From Podarcis erhardii (taxonomy: Eukaryota): a stretch of 64,000 nucleotides of DNA. The first letter of the stretch is position 1; each line of letters begins with the position of its first letter. Positions 36,957-49,006 of the stretch are shown piece after piece. The translations under genes were made by a program, and so were the position numbers. The DNA is taken from the NCBI GenBank assembly GCA_964252035.1, contig OZ176207.1. One strand, 5' to 3'. The notes beneath the pieces are model-generated. The model was not told the origin of the DNA and did no database searches. It saw only the letters and a list, made by a program, of their open reading frames with translations.

Positions 36957-37224
36957 GTTTGTATAAAAAAAAGCTTTCTTAGTTTCCTTTAATTTGCTGT
37001 GTACCAATCCTTTAAAAATGGATAGAAGAAAGCTGTTTTACCAGCAAACCTAGCCATAGCGGTTTGAAATGGTTGGTGAAAATGTGGTTTTGTGTGGTGG
37101 CACTGCTTGCTTTTCTGGATGTTTTAAGTACAGTGATTTTAAGTACAGTGATTCCCCACCCCCCGCTTCACTTCAGAGAGTTTTAATTCTGCTTCAACAC
37201 TATGCAATATGTTCTCTTTTATAG

Positions 37225-37368
37225 GTACTGAAAGTGGATGGTGCTTATGTTGCTGTAAAATTTCCGGGGACATCTACTACTGCAAATTGTACAAACAGCT
37301 CTGGTTCGGATCCTGATCCATCTTCTCTTCTCCAAGATTGTCGGTTGCTCAGGATAGATGAGCTCCAG
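37225..37368 (+). CDS. UBR5: UBR5 exon 17
   Basis: VLKVDGAYVAVKFPGTSTTANCTNSSGSDPDPSSLLQDCRLLRIDELQ; AG/GT flanks. Confidence 0.97.
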
Positions 37369-38030
37369 GTATGTTTGCAATGCCAGGACTTTGGCCCTGT
37401 TCGATTATCTCTGCTGTGGCCACAGTTTCTAGAGTTTATGTTCACTTCCATCACTCCATCTCAAAGAGGTGTCAGACTTTGAGAATATAAGAACCAGAGA
37501 TATTAAAAGTAAAGTCTTCAGAAGTTGCATATTTTTTAGTTTAGAAAGACAGACATCTAAGGGGAGACATAAGTTAGATTTTAGAAATTACACACAGAGT
37601 AATTTTTCTTTTATAAGAATCTGAAGTCTGTGACATTAGGCAGTAGGTTCGGAACAGGCAAAAGAAAGAACTTCACTCAACACATAAATTACTTTAAATA
37701 CATGGCTGGGATGTAGTGCTGGTCATTTGCTTAGATGGCATTAAAAAGTGTAGACCAATTCATGGATTGATCATTGTCTATTAGCTATGACAGCTAAGTG
37801 GAGCCCTCACATTAATAGATGGCATACTTATGCTTATCACATGCTGAGGACAAAAAAGAGGGGATGGCTTTCACCATTATGCACGGCTAATGAGCTTGTT
37901 AGGCATCTGGTTAGCTGCTGTTGCAGAAGAATCCTAGTCTTTTCAAGCAAATTGTACATTCTTAAAGAGAGGGGAATTAACCCAATTCTTTAGATTGCAT
38001 TGGAAATACAGAAATCTGCTTTTGTTACAG

Positions 38031-38142
38031 GTGGTAAAAACTGGTGGGACACCAAAAGTTCCAGATTGTTTTCAGAGGACTCCTAAAAAGTTATGTATTC
38101 CAGAAAAAACAGAAATCCTAGCTGTGAATGTAGATTCCAAAG
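38031..38142 (+). CDS. UBR5: UBR5 exon 18
   Basis: VVKTGGTPKVPDCFQRTPKKLCIPEKTEILAVNVDSK; AG/GT flanks. Confidence 0.97.
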
Positions 38143-38338
38143 GTAAGGATGAAGGGTTTTTTCCTTCTCATTTTATCTATTGCTTGCTTTAGAAAAAAGA
38201 AAGGTACTTATCCTGTTAGAGAATTGTTAAACTGAGTCATCTTAATTTTCATTAATCAATATTTGCTAGTTTAATGGTTTTAAATATTTTTTGGAGCAAA
38301 TAGTTTGTTGGTCAGTGTTCTTTTTTGCACTCTTTCAG

Positions 38339-38493
38339 GAGTACATGCCGTCCTGAAGACCGGGAACTGGGTTAGATATTGCATATTTGATCTTGCAACT
38401 GGAAAAGCAGAACAAGAAAACAATTTCCCCACTAGCAGTATTGCTTTCCTTGGGCAGAATGAGAGGAGTGTTGCTATTTTCACTGCTGGACAG
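38339..38493 (+). CDS. UBR5: UBR5 exon 19
   Basis: VHAVLKTGNWVRYCIFDLATGKAEQENNFPTSS...FTAGQ; AG/GT flanks. Confidence 0.97.
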
Positions 38494-39021
38494 GTTTGTT
38501 TCTTCTCAGCTTCATCCATTTTCGGTGTTTCCTACCACCCTAAAAGTACCTCTTTAATGGGTTGCTTAATGTTGATAAATGATTCCATTAAACAAGAAAT
38601 ATTGAAAAATAAATCATCATGGCAGACTTAACTTGACTGTCAGTGTTCCTGATGAAGGTGAAGGAAGTGGTAAAGAAAAAGGTGGGTAGATCAATGGTAT
38701 AGTGAGGGATAAGGCTTTGTAAGCTACTGACACAAGTTAATGGATCTTGGGAAGAATCCCTCCTCTTCTCACTTGCCTTGCAACCTAACTGCAGAATCTG
38801 AAGAGACACGACTTGCAAGTGTTTAATCCCCACACAAAGAAGAGAGGGACACAACCATGCATGCTTCTGATACTAGATATTGTAGTAAAGTATATGTATT
38901 CCCCTATTCAAACTGCACTAAGAAAGCATTTGAACTCGGTCTTCTAGTCCATTCTGGATATTTGCAGGAGTGTTCGGTGAGGACGACAGGTACTACACCT
39001 GTTGTCTGACACAACCTGGAG

Positions 39022-39406
39022 AGATGCGGGTGGCGCTGTGGTCTAAACCACTAAGCCTCTTTGACTTGCCAGTCGGAAGGTCGGCCGTTCGAATCCCCGC
39101 GACAGGGTGAGCTCTCATTGCTCTGTCCCAGCTTCTGCCAACCTAGCAGTCCGAAAGTATACCTGTGCAAATAGATAAATAGGTACTGCTGTGGTGGGAA
39201 GGTAAACGGTGTTTCCATGCGCTCTGGTTTCCATCACGGTGTTCCGTTGTGCCAGAAGCGGTTTAGTCACGCTGGCCACATGACCCAGAAAGCTGTCTGT
39301 GGACAAACGCCGGCTCCCTCAGCCTGAAACGAGATGAGTGACGCACCCCACAGTCGCCTTTGACTGGACTTAACTGTCCAGGGGTCCTTTACCTTTACCT
39401 TACCTT
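39022..39406 (+). mobile_element. Sauria SINE, full length
   Basis: gcgggtggcgctgtggtctaaacca...gttcgaatcccc...cctttacctttacc; 8-bp TSD acctggag (39014..39021 and 39407..39414). Confidence 0.93.
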
Positions 39407-39587
39407 ACCTGGAGGGAGAGGTATCAGGTGATAGGGACGTCAGCACTGTGTGGGCATATCAGCAGGAACACCAGACTGGCTTCATCGGTGCAGCTATGTT
39501 GCTATGTCAGGTGATAGGGCTACAAATCAATAACGAATGAGAAAAATAATGATAATTTAAATTCTATAAAAATCTACTTTTTTGCAG

Positions 39588-39785
39588 GAATCTCCAATCA
39601 TTCTTCGAGATGGAAATGGCACTATATATCCAATGGCAAAAGACTGTATGGGAGGAATAAGAGACCCTGATTGGCTTGATCTTCCACCTATTAGCAGCCT
39701 GGGAATGGGAGTTCATTCCTTAACAAACCTTCCTGCCAATTCAACCATCAAAAAGAAAGCTGCTATCATTATAATGGCTGTTGAG
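39588..39785 (+). CDS. UBR5: UBR5 exon 20
   Basis: ESPIILRDGNGTIYPMAKDCMGG...KKAAIIIMAVE; AG/GT flanks. Confidence 0.97.
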
Positions 39786-40923
39786 GTAATCATATATATC
39801 TGTCATACTCTCTCTTAGAGACATTATCTTGCACCACCTGGATTACTCAGTGTTTTCAACTGAACTTTTCCTTTTTACAAATATATCTAAACAGAGTAAT
39901 CTTAGATATGAGAGCTCTGTGACAAAAGTAGCTTACTGCTAGTTACAAAATGCAGCTGTCTAAATTGATACTTCTAGTATAAAGTCTATTTTTTTCTTCA
40001 AATGTTTGCTATTACTGTTTATAGGTGCTCTGGACCTAAATTCTCTTTAATGCAGGGAGAAAATGTGATTTTTAAAAAACATAGCTTAATCCACATTTCC
40101 ACTTATAAGTGGGTCAGGAAGGGCAAACCCAAAAGAGCACATAGATTCATAGAATCATGTGCAAATAGTTGTGTATGTTCATCTTCTCTCTGTTTTACTG
40201 TGATAGCAGTTTTGGAACATCATTTTCGGATGTTGTGATTTATTAAAAAAAATTCATCCACCCCAGAAATTAACTTTAAATAACAGTTTTTAATAAGATG
40301 GGATATCTAGGTATTCAAAATGCTTTTAAAAACAATGCTAAAATAGGTTATAGTCCTTTTTATTTAAATTCCACTAGCAAATTAAAACTTTCCTTTCAAA
40401 ACAAGCTTTGATTCTGTTGCTTAAATATTGATTTCTAGTGCTAGTGTGTTTACTTTTTAGTTGTTTTTTAAATGTTGTTAATTTGTGTTTTCATAACTGG
40501 ATTATCGTTGCTTTTATGTTTGCTTTTTATTTGTAAGCCACTTTAGACAACCTCCTTATTGAAGGGATAAATGGGATATAAAGATTTTTAACATGTAAAT
40601 AAATGTATAACTAAAATTTGTTTGCCACACATACAATTTTAAAAGCATTGCAGCTGGGATATAGGATTCCCAACCTGCCTGTCCTGAAATCAGTTTGTTG
40701 ATCCTGCATTTGACAGCTAAAATCTTAGTTTATCATTTAAATATATAGTACTTTTAAAATGTTACACGATCAGTTTTAGATATTTATCTCATTTGTATCC
40801 CGTACTTGGTTTAGGTCAGGATAAAGTACTGATGCTAAAAGAGGCTGCAGAATGTAGCATAGGGCAAGGGAATGTTGCTTGCTCTTGTTTTATTAACGTC
40901 TTTCTCAATTTTTCTGAGCACAG

Positions 40924-41134
40924 AAGCAAACTTTAATGCAGCATATTCTCCGATGTGACTATGAGGCCTGCAGACAGTATTTGATGAACCTCGAGCAAGC
41001 TGTTGTCTTGGATCAGAATCCACAAATGCTGCAGACTTTCCTCAGTCACAGATGTGATGGAAATCGAAATATTCTGCATGCTTGTGTATCTGTGTGCTTT
41101 CCAACCAGTAATAAAGAAACAAAAGAGGAAGAGG
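40924..41134 (+). CDS. UBR5: UBR5 exon 21
   Basis: KQTLMQHILRCDYEACRQYLMNLEQ...PTSNKETKEEE; AG/GT flanks. Confidence 0.97.
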
Positions 41135-42532
41135 GTGAGTTCAGTGATCTCATGCTGATGAGATTCTTCTGAGAGCTTTTGCAAGAAGGCTAGAAAGATG
41201 AGTCAGAATTGTTCAAAACCTGTTCTGAAATAGTTACACACACAGACACAGGTACACACACACAGCAACTTCATTAATAATGAGACTTGTCATAAACCAG
41301 CAAGGCAATCTGGTTGGAAAATGCAGGAAGAGAGTATGGTAGAAAGGGAAACAAATGTCCCAACTGGCAACAAGTTTCAGTTCAGCATCACATTTTCCAC
41401 TTGGTAAATTAAGTCACTTGGAAATAAGGGTGGGATCTGAAATGCTGCGCTCAATGTTCCATGCGTGTATCAGGCTATTTCAAGGCTCCCTTCCCACTGC
41501 AGTCTTCCAGTCCTGAAAAGCTGTGCTTGGAGGTTATGGAACCATCTGGTGCAGTATTCAAAGCAGCACGGAGTAGCTAGTGCCAACTCCATTGCCTGCA
41601 TGTGTGGAAGTGCTTGGAATCCAGCCATAATTCTTGCCTCTAATGTACACTGGGGGAAATTAGCAGATGACGCTTGCAGAAAGACAGGAATTTCAAGACG
41701 AAACAGGCCATTGTGAACTTGAAGCATAAGGTTATGGCTGTTGAAACAAAGCAAAAAAGAAAGAGAAAGAAAGAATGGTGGAAAGGAGAAATTTATGTCA
41801 AAAAATGGCCCGTATGATTCATTAAAACTGTTTCACAGCATGAACTGGAGAGCTACAAAACTGAGAATCCTATTAAACTAGAAATATGGAAACATCTATG
41901 TATACTGTATATGTCTGCAGTGGGGCAAAATACATGAAGTTTTTGAGGAACTAAAAGCAGAAGAAAGTGTACTTTCTAAATCATTTAAAATACATTTCTA
42001 CACCATTTACACCCTTCTCCTAACTTGCTCAAGGCCATGTACAATTTTAAAAATAGTAGCATATAAATCTACCAAGCATGCTGCAAAGGAAATAGGGGTG
42101 AGGAAGTAGAGGGGAGAGCAAGCAAATTCAGTTACCAATTCTCTAAAGTACATACATGTTTCTGAACTTCTGAATGTGATGTCCAGAAAATGAATGATTT
42201 ATGGGGCTGCTTGGAGACTGGTTTCCTTTATTTAGCAAAAAGAACCTAAGCTTTCCTGCTTACCACTGAGTGCTAGAATTGCCCAGTTGTGTATTCGTGT
42301 GTTATGTGTTTTCCAGTTTAAATTGTCCTGTCTTTCTCTTCTCTGCTGGAGGCTTTTTGCTGTTCAGTAATCAAACCCATTGTCATCATTATACATTTGC
42401 ATATAAATATTGAGAAATTCCATGTTGATTTCATATACAAAATTTATATAAAAGTGACAGAGAAGCTTTTGGTTCTTTAGTGTTTAATGTCTCTGTAAAA
42501 AACAGATGCCAAGTTTCTTCTTTATGCTTCAG

Positions 42533-42659
42533 AAGCAGAGCGCTCCGAAAGGAACACATTTGCTGAAAGGTTATCTGCCGTCGAGGCGATTGCAAACGCT
42601 ATTTCAGTGGTGTCAAGTAATGGACCGGGAAATCGTGCAGGATCCTCTAGCAGCAGAAG
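42533..42659 (+). CDS. UBR5: UBR5 exon 22
   Basis: AERSERNTFAERLSAVEAIANAISVVSSNGPGNRAGSSSSR; AG/GT flanks. Confidence 0.96.
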
Positions 42660-42753
42660 GTAAGCTAGTGGAAACTTCTCTTTTTGCTATTGCAGTATTA
42701 ATTACCGGCAAGACATTATGAATTAACGCAGGCCAGGATCCAAAGAGCTGCTT

Positions 42754-42960
42754 GGGAGGTCCCGTGGCTCAGTGATAGAGCACATCGTCCGCATGTAGAA
42801 TGTCCCAGATTGACTCCCTGGCATCTCAAGTTAAAAGATCAGGTAGCAGGTGATAGAAAGACAGTTTCTTCCTGAGACCCGGGAAAGGCACTGCCAGTCA
42901 AAAATACTGGGTTAGATGGGCAGACAGCCTGATCATTATAAGGCAGCTTCTCATGTTCCT
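42754..42960 (+). mobile_element. tRNA-headed SINE (tRNA-Ala-like head, CR1-like tail)
   Basis: gtggctcagtgatagagcac...gcatgtagaatgtcccag...ctgccagtc...tataaggcagcttctcatgttcct. Confidence 0.7.
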
Positions 42961-43850
42961 AAGTGTGTGCGGGTTAGATTTCTGGCTCTTGTTTTTTGAA
43001 CAAGAAAACCACCATACCGTGTCACAAACTACTTTCAAATCTTTTGATGAGCAACAATACATATCCTTTTTCCCAGTAAGCATGGGAGCTCGCTTCTTCT
43101 TTCCCTGACTTACTGTAGTGCTGCTTTCCCTCTTTCTGCTTGTCTCTGATAGCACCCTCCATCTAACCCAGGGTTTGACTGGCAGCAACCCTCCAGAGAG
43201 GCATAACTTGTATCAGGTGGACAGGACTATGTGCCCTTTTCTCTGGTTTGAGCCACAGTTCTTTCATATTTGGCTGGGATTGATGACAGTCTTTCCTTAA
43301 CTCCTTATTAGAGGAGAATTGGAGTTTGCTTCTGGCTCTAGTCTTTCTAAAAGCAAGGCAACACGATGAGCAAATACAATGATGATATCAATATATACTC
43401 TTTATATAATATGAAATATATGACATCACATAAACAGAAAACTTAAGAATTTCTGAAAGTCACAAAATAGGCACTCTTAATGGATTCTCTTAAAAACATA
43501 AAACCAAATGAACCTAAGTCTTATAAGTCTCTGAAAGTCTTTGAAGACTATGCAAGTCTCTGAAAGAAGCAATAGGTCAGATTCTTATCTGGTGAAAACA
43601 GGCTGAAAAGCTTTGTTTATGGCGTCCAATACTGCCGAAGTAGTTTGCAAATAGATGTAGTGAACAGTGATTCTAGATATACCCACTGTTTCGTGGAATT
43701 CTTCTTCAGCACAGCAGAAGGATACAGAAATGCTTCATAAACCTATCTATATGGTGAATGGAAAAGTATAACAGCAATTGCTGTGGAGCAGTGGTCATAA
43801 AGTTATGTAGTCAGCCTGTTTTCACCAGATAAGAATCTGATACATTGCTG

Positions 43851-44088
43851 AAGAGTTTGGTTTTGATATCCCGTTTTATCACTACCCTAAGGAGTCTCAA
43901 AGCAGCAAACTTTCTCGTTTCCCTTTCTCCCCCACAACAAACACTCTGTGAGGTTACCGAGGCTGAGAGGCTTCACAGAACTGTGACTAGCCCAAGGTCA
44001 CCCAGCAGCTGCATGTGGAGGAGGGGGGAAGCAAACCCGGTTCACCAGATTACAAGACTACCGCTCTTAACCACTACACCACACTGGC
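43851..44088 (-). mobile_element. Squam3-like (MIR-derived) SINE, near full length
   Basis: Reverse complement gccagtgtggtgtagtggttaagagcgg...ctgggtgaccttgggctagtcac...gagactccttagggtagtgataaaacgggatatcaaa. Confidence 0.8.
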
Positions 44089-44478
44089 ACCCTGTAGTCC
44101 TACGTTGGAGCCCACTCACTTGCAAACCACCTGCAATGTGTTTTTGGTTGCTAGTTATTCCCTTTTCTCCCCCAATCTTGGGGGGGGGGGCACGCTTGCT
44201 TATAAATTAAATGCGAAAGCAACTTCAGGCTAACCGCAGTTACGAGGAGAATGCAAAGTTGAATTGGTACATTGACAGTACTGTGTCTAAAATACATGCC
44301 GTATTTCTTTTTCACATTTAATAATTGGTGTGGCATTTATATTGCTTTCTTTTCCACATATTAGTTATAAATGCGGACAAAAGTTTGTTTGGCATTCTCG
44401 AACCCTAGGTTGCCTTCAGTATGCTTCCTGCGCAAGAATAGGCAAGCATTAGTTTTAGGATTTTCTGTTTGGTCTTAG

Positions 44479-44630
44479 TTTGCGACTGAGAGAGATGATG
44501 AGAAGATCCCTGAGAGCAGCAGGTTTGGGCAGACATGAAGCAGGGGCTTCATCTAGTGATCATCAGGATCCAGTTTCTCCTCCCATCGCTCCTCCAAGCT
44601 GGGTGCCTGATCCTCCTGCTATGGACCCTG
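44479..44630 (+). CDS. UBR5: UBR5 exon 23
   Basis: LRLREMMRRSLRAAGLGRHEAG...WVPDPPAMDP; AG/GT flanks. Confidence 0.97.
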
Positions 44631-45020
44631 GTAAGATTTTCACATGCACTTGTGCATAAGTGTAAAAGTAGATATAAATTGCCTTTCGTTTGAATTGTGA
44701 AAGAGTGTAGGAATAAGAAATGCATTGCATCAATGTTATTACAACTTCAGTGGTGCAAAGCATTTAGCTAGTTAGCCACTTCTGTGCTTTCAGGTGTTAA
44801 AATTTTCTTATTACAGCTTGTAGGCAGATGTTGCTTATTTCAATAATGTGACTTGCTATCTGCTATAATGTTAGCTGCACTTACCAGTAGTTTCATTGAA
44901 TAGCCTTTGGAAGGAAAGAAAATTTAATGATATAGTGTGGTTAGTTTCTGTGGAGTGCGCATGTTGCCAGGGATGTGTTTTATGTATTGATGTGCATCCT
45001 ACTGTTCTGTTTACTAAAAG

Positions 45021-45116
45021 ATGGTGACATTGATTTTATCCTGGCCCCTGCTGTGGGATCTCTTACCACAGCAACAACTGGCACTGGCCAAGGACCCAGC
45101 ACCTCCACGATACCAG
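45021..45116 (+). CDS. UBR5: UBR5 exon 24
   Basis: GDIDFILAPAVGSLTTATTGTGQGPSTSTIP; AG/GT flanks. Confidence 0.97.
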
Positions 45117-45539
45117 GTGAGAACATGCTATTTTGTATACTTGCATATGACTTAACACAAAGAAATGGCAAATGCTCACTTCATACATGTATTTTAGTGC
45201 AGCTTAAATGTTCCCTCCTATAACTTGAAGGTGCATCTTCCCATCATTCTGTATAATGAATAAGGGTGCTTAACATATCAATCTGTTTGTCCTGTTAAAA
45301 CTATTTGGCACTGCTTCACACATTAAAATATGTTGGCCAATATTGGTTTCAGGACATGAAGTTTCCCGTCCTTTATATACACTCAAATTCATAATTTAGC
45401 ATCAGGTTTCTGACAATGTGATAGTGTTGGCTAATAATAAAGCTTGATACAGGAATCCCTCTTCTTGTCTAGAATGTTTTAAGTAAGTGAGCTACTTTTG
45501 TAGGCAGTTATTTTTCACTAATACTACTCCAATCTGCAG

Positions 45540-45663
45540 GTCCTTCTACAGAACCCTCTGTAGTGGAATCAAAGGATCGGAAGGCAAATGCTCACTTCAT
45601 ACTGAAATTGTTATGCGACAGTGTGGTTTTACAGCCTTATCTTCGGGAACTGCTATCAGCCAA
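45540..45663 (+). CDS. UBR5: UBR5 exon 25
   Basis: PSTEPSVVESKDRKANAHFILKLLCDSVVLQPYLRELLSA; AG/GT flanks. Confidence 0.97.
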
Positions 45664-45959
45664 GTAAGGGGTCTTTATGTGCATGTCTTGTAGTGTTTTC
45701 ATCTACTTGGGAAGTCAAGCTTTATGAAGAATGTTTGAGGGAATTGGGTATGTTTTACAAAGCTGCACTGCGCCTTGATATAAACAGCTCCATTTTGTAT
45801 TTGTTAATAAATTGATTTTTCCATTTTTGTTTATGCATCAGATCTATTACCTTCATTTTAACTTTAAAAGTTGGGGTAGTACTAAATCAGGCTCTTTCTG
45901 CTAAACCTAGAAGACTACCTTTTAAACTTAACTGAAAATGATACTGACCTGTTTTTTAG

Positions 45960-46057
45960 GGATGCAAGAGGTATGACACCGTTTATGTCTGCTGTAAGCG
46001 GCAGAGCATATCCTGCAGCAATTACCATTTTAGAAACTGCACAAAAAGTTGCCAAAG
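45960..46057 (+). CDS. UBR5: UBR5 exon 26
   Basis: DARGMTPFMSAVSGRAYPAAITILETAQKVAK; AG/GT flanks. Confidence 0.97.
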
Positions 46058-46633
46058 GTATGTGAATACTGTATGTCATTCTTGCTTTATGTATGCCAAT
46101 AATTGAGGGCTTTCCCCTTCCTAAATCTCTGGATTAGACATTGGAATAAAATGTAAAATATTGAATTAATAGAACATGCCAGTCTTCCTGCTGTCCATGA
46201 ATAACTTCCTGTTATCTTCTTGGTTTCAAAAAGTGTCTGATTCAATAGATAAAAATAATTTCCCTGCAGGAGGCTATTCTTTGATATCCATTGGTTTTCG
46301 TTTCTGGGAAAATAGGTCAGGGCAATTATTGATAGAAGGTTGTGAATAGTGGCAGGTTTCAATGAAACAAAGATAAAAACCTGTTCTCTATAGAGGAGGA
46401 ATTTTGTTTAGTATAACTAATACAATTTGAGGTCATTTTGAAGGGAACCATGAGTGCATTCAGTTAGCTGATGTGCAGTGTGGTTTAGCAGTAATGTTAA
46501 AGTGCCGTGATGTTTTATTTTCTTCATAGAGGACCTTTGAGAATTATTTGAGAATTATTACCTTAAGTTGCTAGCTCTTCAAAGAGTATATATAACTTCA
46601 TTTTAAGCACTATCTTTCTCCTTTTTTAAAAAG

Positions 46634-46782
46634 CGGAGGCAACTTCAGGTGAAAAAGAAGAGGATGTGTTTATGGGAATGGTTTGTCCAACTGGCACAAA
46701 CCCAGATGACTCTCCTTTATATGTCCTGTGTTGCAATGATACATGCAGCTTTACATGGACTGGTGCAGAGCACATAAATCAG
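46634..46782 (+). CDS. UBR5: UBR5 exon 27 (start of UBR-box zinc finger)
   Basis: [49 protein letters not shown]; AG/GT flanks. Confidence 0.97.
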
Positions 46783-47192
46783 GTAAAATAAGGGAACTTA
46801 ATTGTTTTTTTGTGCTAGGTGTAAAGACAAGCTCATATTCCTGAGCTTTTAAGGATAGATTTTTAAATTCTTGCCTTTCTCTTACTGCTGGGTTTTCTGG
46901 GGAAAGGGCTGGGTGGGGGGATGCTTCTTACTGCTCTCTTTGGCTTAACAAGAAACCATTAACAAGAAGCTTAACATTATTTTAATGTAATCTAACTTGA
47001 AAACTCTTGAAGAATAAATAAGGCTGCAATTTTGTGCATACTTACCTGCAAGTAAGTTCCATTGAACTTGACGATTCTTTACTTATAAGTAGTCATATAT
47101 AGAATTGTTAGCTACCACTTAAAAGCAGCATCGTAAAATTATACATAGTACTCCATTTCCCCCCGCTAAAATGCTCAATTTTCTCTTTGTAG

Positions 47193-47284
47193 GATATATT
47201 TGAATGTAGAACATGCGGTTTACTGGAGTCTCTGTGCTGTTGCACAGAGTGCGCAAGGGTGTGCCACAAAGGTCATGATTGCAA
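47193..47284 (+). CDS. UBR5: UBR5 exon 28 (UBR-box)
   Basis: [30 protein letters not shown]; AG/GT flanks. Confidence 0.98.
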
Positions 47285-47816
47285 GTACGTGTGTTTGTTC
47301 CTAACATCGAGACTTCTGTAGGTTGTTGTGTATTTTCAGGGATGATTCAGTTTCATTTTGCTTGAAAATGCAGTAGATTTTTATTTCTTTTAGTGCTCTG
47401 CTGTCTCTAAAATTTTTGTTAGTGAACAGATTGATAAATGATTGAAGGAAGCTGGAATTGCAACTTGGGCCTGGGTCCACAGTGTAGGGATGGGGAGGGG
47501 AGATGTAACCAGCTAGGTAGCCTCCTCTCCAGCAGTGTCAGAGAGAGGTGAGATAAATCAGGCATTTGCTTAGGACTGATCATAGGGGGAGAAGCTGCTA
47601 CCCCATTTTCAAGGCCACCGTTTCCTCAGACTAATGTAGCCTTTCACAAACAAGAACTGGAAAATGGTATTTAGATGAAAAACACTTTAGTTGAATTAGC
47701 AGGGTTTTTAAAAAATGCTTACGGACATAGTGAAACTGGTTGTAGTGTATATTGATATGGAAACTGCTGTTTATAAATTTATAAAATGTATTTAAACATT
47801 TTGTCTCTACTTTCAG

Positions 47817-47963
47817 GCTTAAACGCACATCCCCAACAGCCTACTGTGATTGCTGGGAGAAATGCAAGTGCAAAACATTAATTGCAGGACAGAAGTCTGC
47901 TCGTCTTGATTTGCTTTTCCGGCTGCTTACCACCACGAATCTTGTCACCATGCCAAATAGTAG
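47817..47963 (+). CDS. UBR5: UBR5 exon 29 (end of UBR-box; GC donor)
   Basis: [19 protein letters not shown]...NLVTMPNS. Donor AG|gcaagt is required to give PNSRGEHLL. Confidence 0.95.
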
Positions 47964-48056
47964 GCAAGTGTCCCTTGTATAGTGGGATTGATCTGCCCCA
48001 CAAAAAGCCCCAGTGTAGTGCCTATGTCAACTCTTGGTTTGTTTGTATGTTTACAG

Positions 48057-48175
48057 GGGGGAACATCTTTTGCTCTTCTTGGTGCAGACAGTTGCAAGAC
48101 AAACAGTAGAACATTGCCAGTACAGGCCACCAAGAATTAGGGAAGACCGTAATCGTAAGACTGCAAATCCTGAAG
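48057..48175 (+). CDS. UBR5: UBR5 exon 30
   Basis: GEHLLLFLVQTVARQTVEHCQYRPPRIREDRNRKTANPE; donor AG|gtggga. Confidence 0.96.
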
Positions 48176-48269
48176 GTGGGACCCTTTTCTCATTTGCAAG
48201 ATTTTTCTCTTATTGTAGCAACTGCTGCAGGAACTGCTTACATGCTTTTCTTTAATTCCTTGGCTTTAG

Positions 48270-48396
48270 ATTCGGATATGCCAGATCATGATTTAGAACC
48301 TCCACGATTTGCACAGCTTGCCTTGGAACGGGTTTTGCAAGATTGGAATGCACTGAAGTCTATGATCATGTTTGGCTCACAGGAGAACAAAGACCC
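48270..48396 (+). CDS. UBR5: UBR5 exon 31
   Basis: SDMPDHDLEPPRFAQLALERVLQDWNALKSMIMFGSQENKD; donor CC|gtgtgt. Confidence 0.96.
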
Positions 48397-48510
48397 GTGT
48401 GTATTAACGAACTAGTTATGATTACACTTTTGAGCACTGACTTTGTATCATAGACTTGGCAACTTACATTATTTTTCCTCTTCCCCTGCTTTCTTTTGCT
48501 TTTTTCCAAG

Positions 48511-48640
48511 TCTTAGTGCAAGCAGTAGGATTGGTCATCTGTTGCCTGAAGAACAAGTGTATCTTAATCAGCAAAGTGGAACTATTCGGCTGGACTGTTT
48601 TACACACTGCCTTATTGTAAAGTGTACAGCAGACATACTG
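48511..48640 (+). CDS. UBR5: UBR5 exon 32
   Basis: LSASSRIGHLLPEEQVYLNQQSGTIRLDCFTHCLIVKCTADIL; AG/GT flanks. Confidence 0.97.
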
Positions 48641-48845
48641 GTAAGGCATATTTAAATAACACAGTGCCAAAGAAATTTGTCCATTCGGTGCTTATGCGCT
48701 TAGAAGGTATGAACGTTAATGTGGTTAGCAGATCTAAGTTGTGGCAAGTTTGTCATAACTCTTCTGTATTCAGTTCCTTTGCACAAGAATTTGCATGGTT
48801 GCATAGCCGTAGTAGACATTTGCTCCAGTAAACTTTTCTTTACAG

Positions 48846-49006
48846 CTTTTAGATACTTTGCTGGGGACACTTGTAAAGGAACTGCAGAACAAATACACTC
48901 CAGGTCGCAGAGAAGAAGCAATTTCTGTTACAATGAGGTTTCTGCGTTCTGTGGCAAGAGTTTTTGTTATCCTCAGTGTGGAAATGGCTTCCTCAAAAAA
49001 GAAAAA
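48846..49006 (+). CDS. UBR5: UBR5 exon 33
   Basis: [24 protein letters not shown]...EMASSKKK; AG/GT flanks. Confidence 0.97.

Noticed and set aside
48397-48510. Possible U12-type intron because of the atypical donor
   Set aside because: The donor gtgtgtatt does not match the U12 consensus (G/A)TATCCTT; no U12 donor was seen at any junction.
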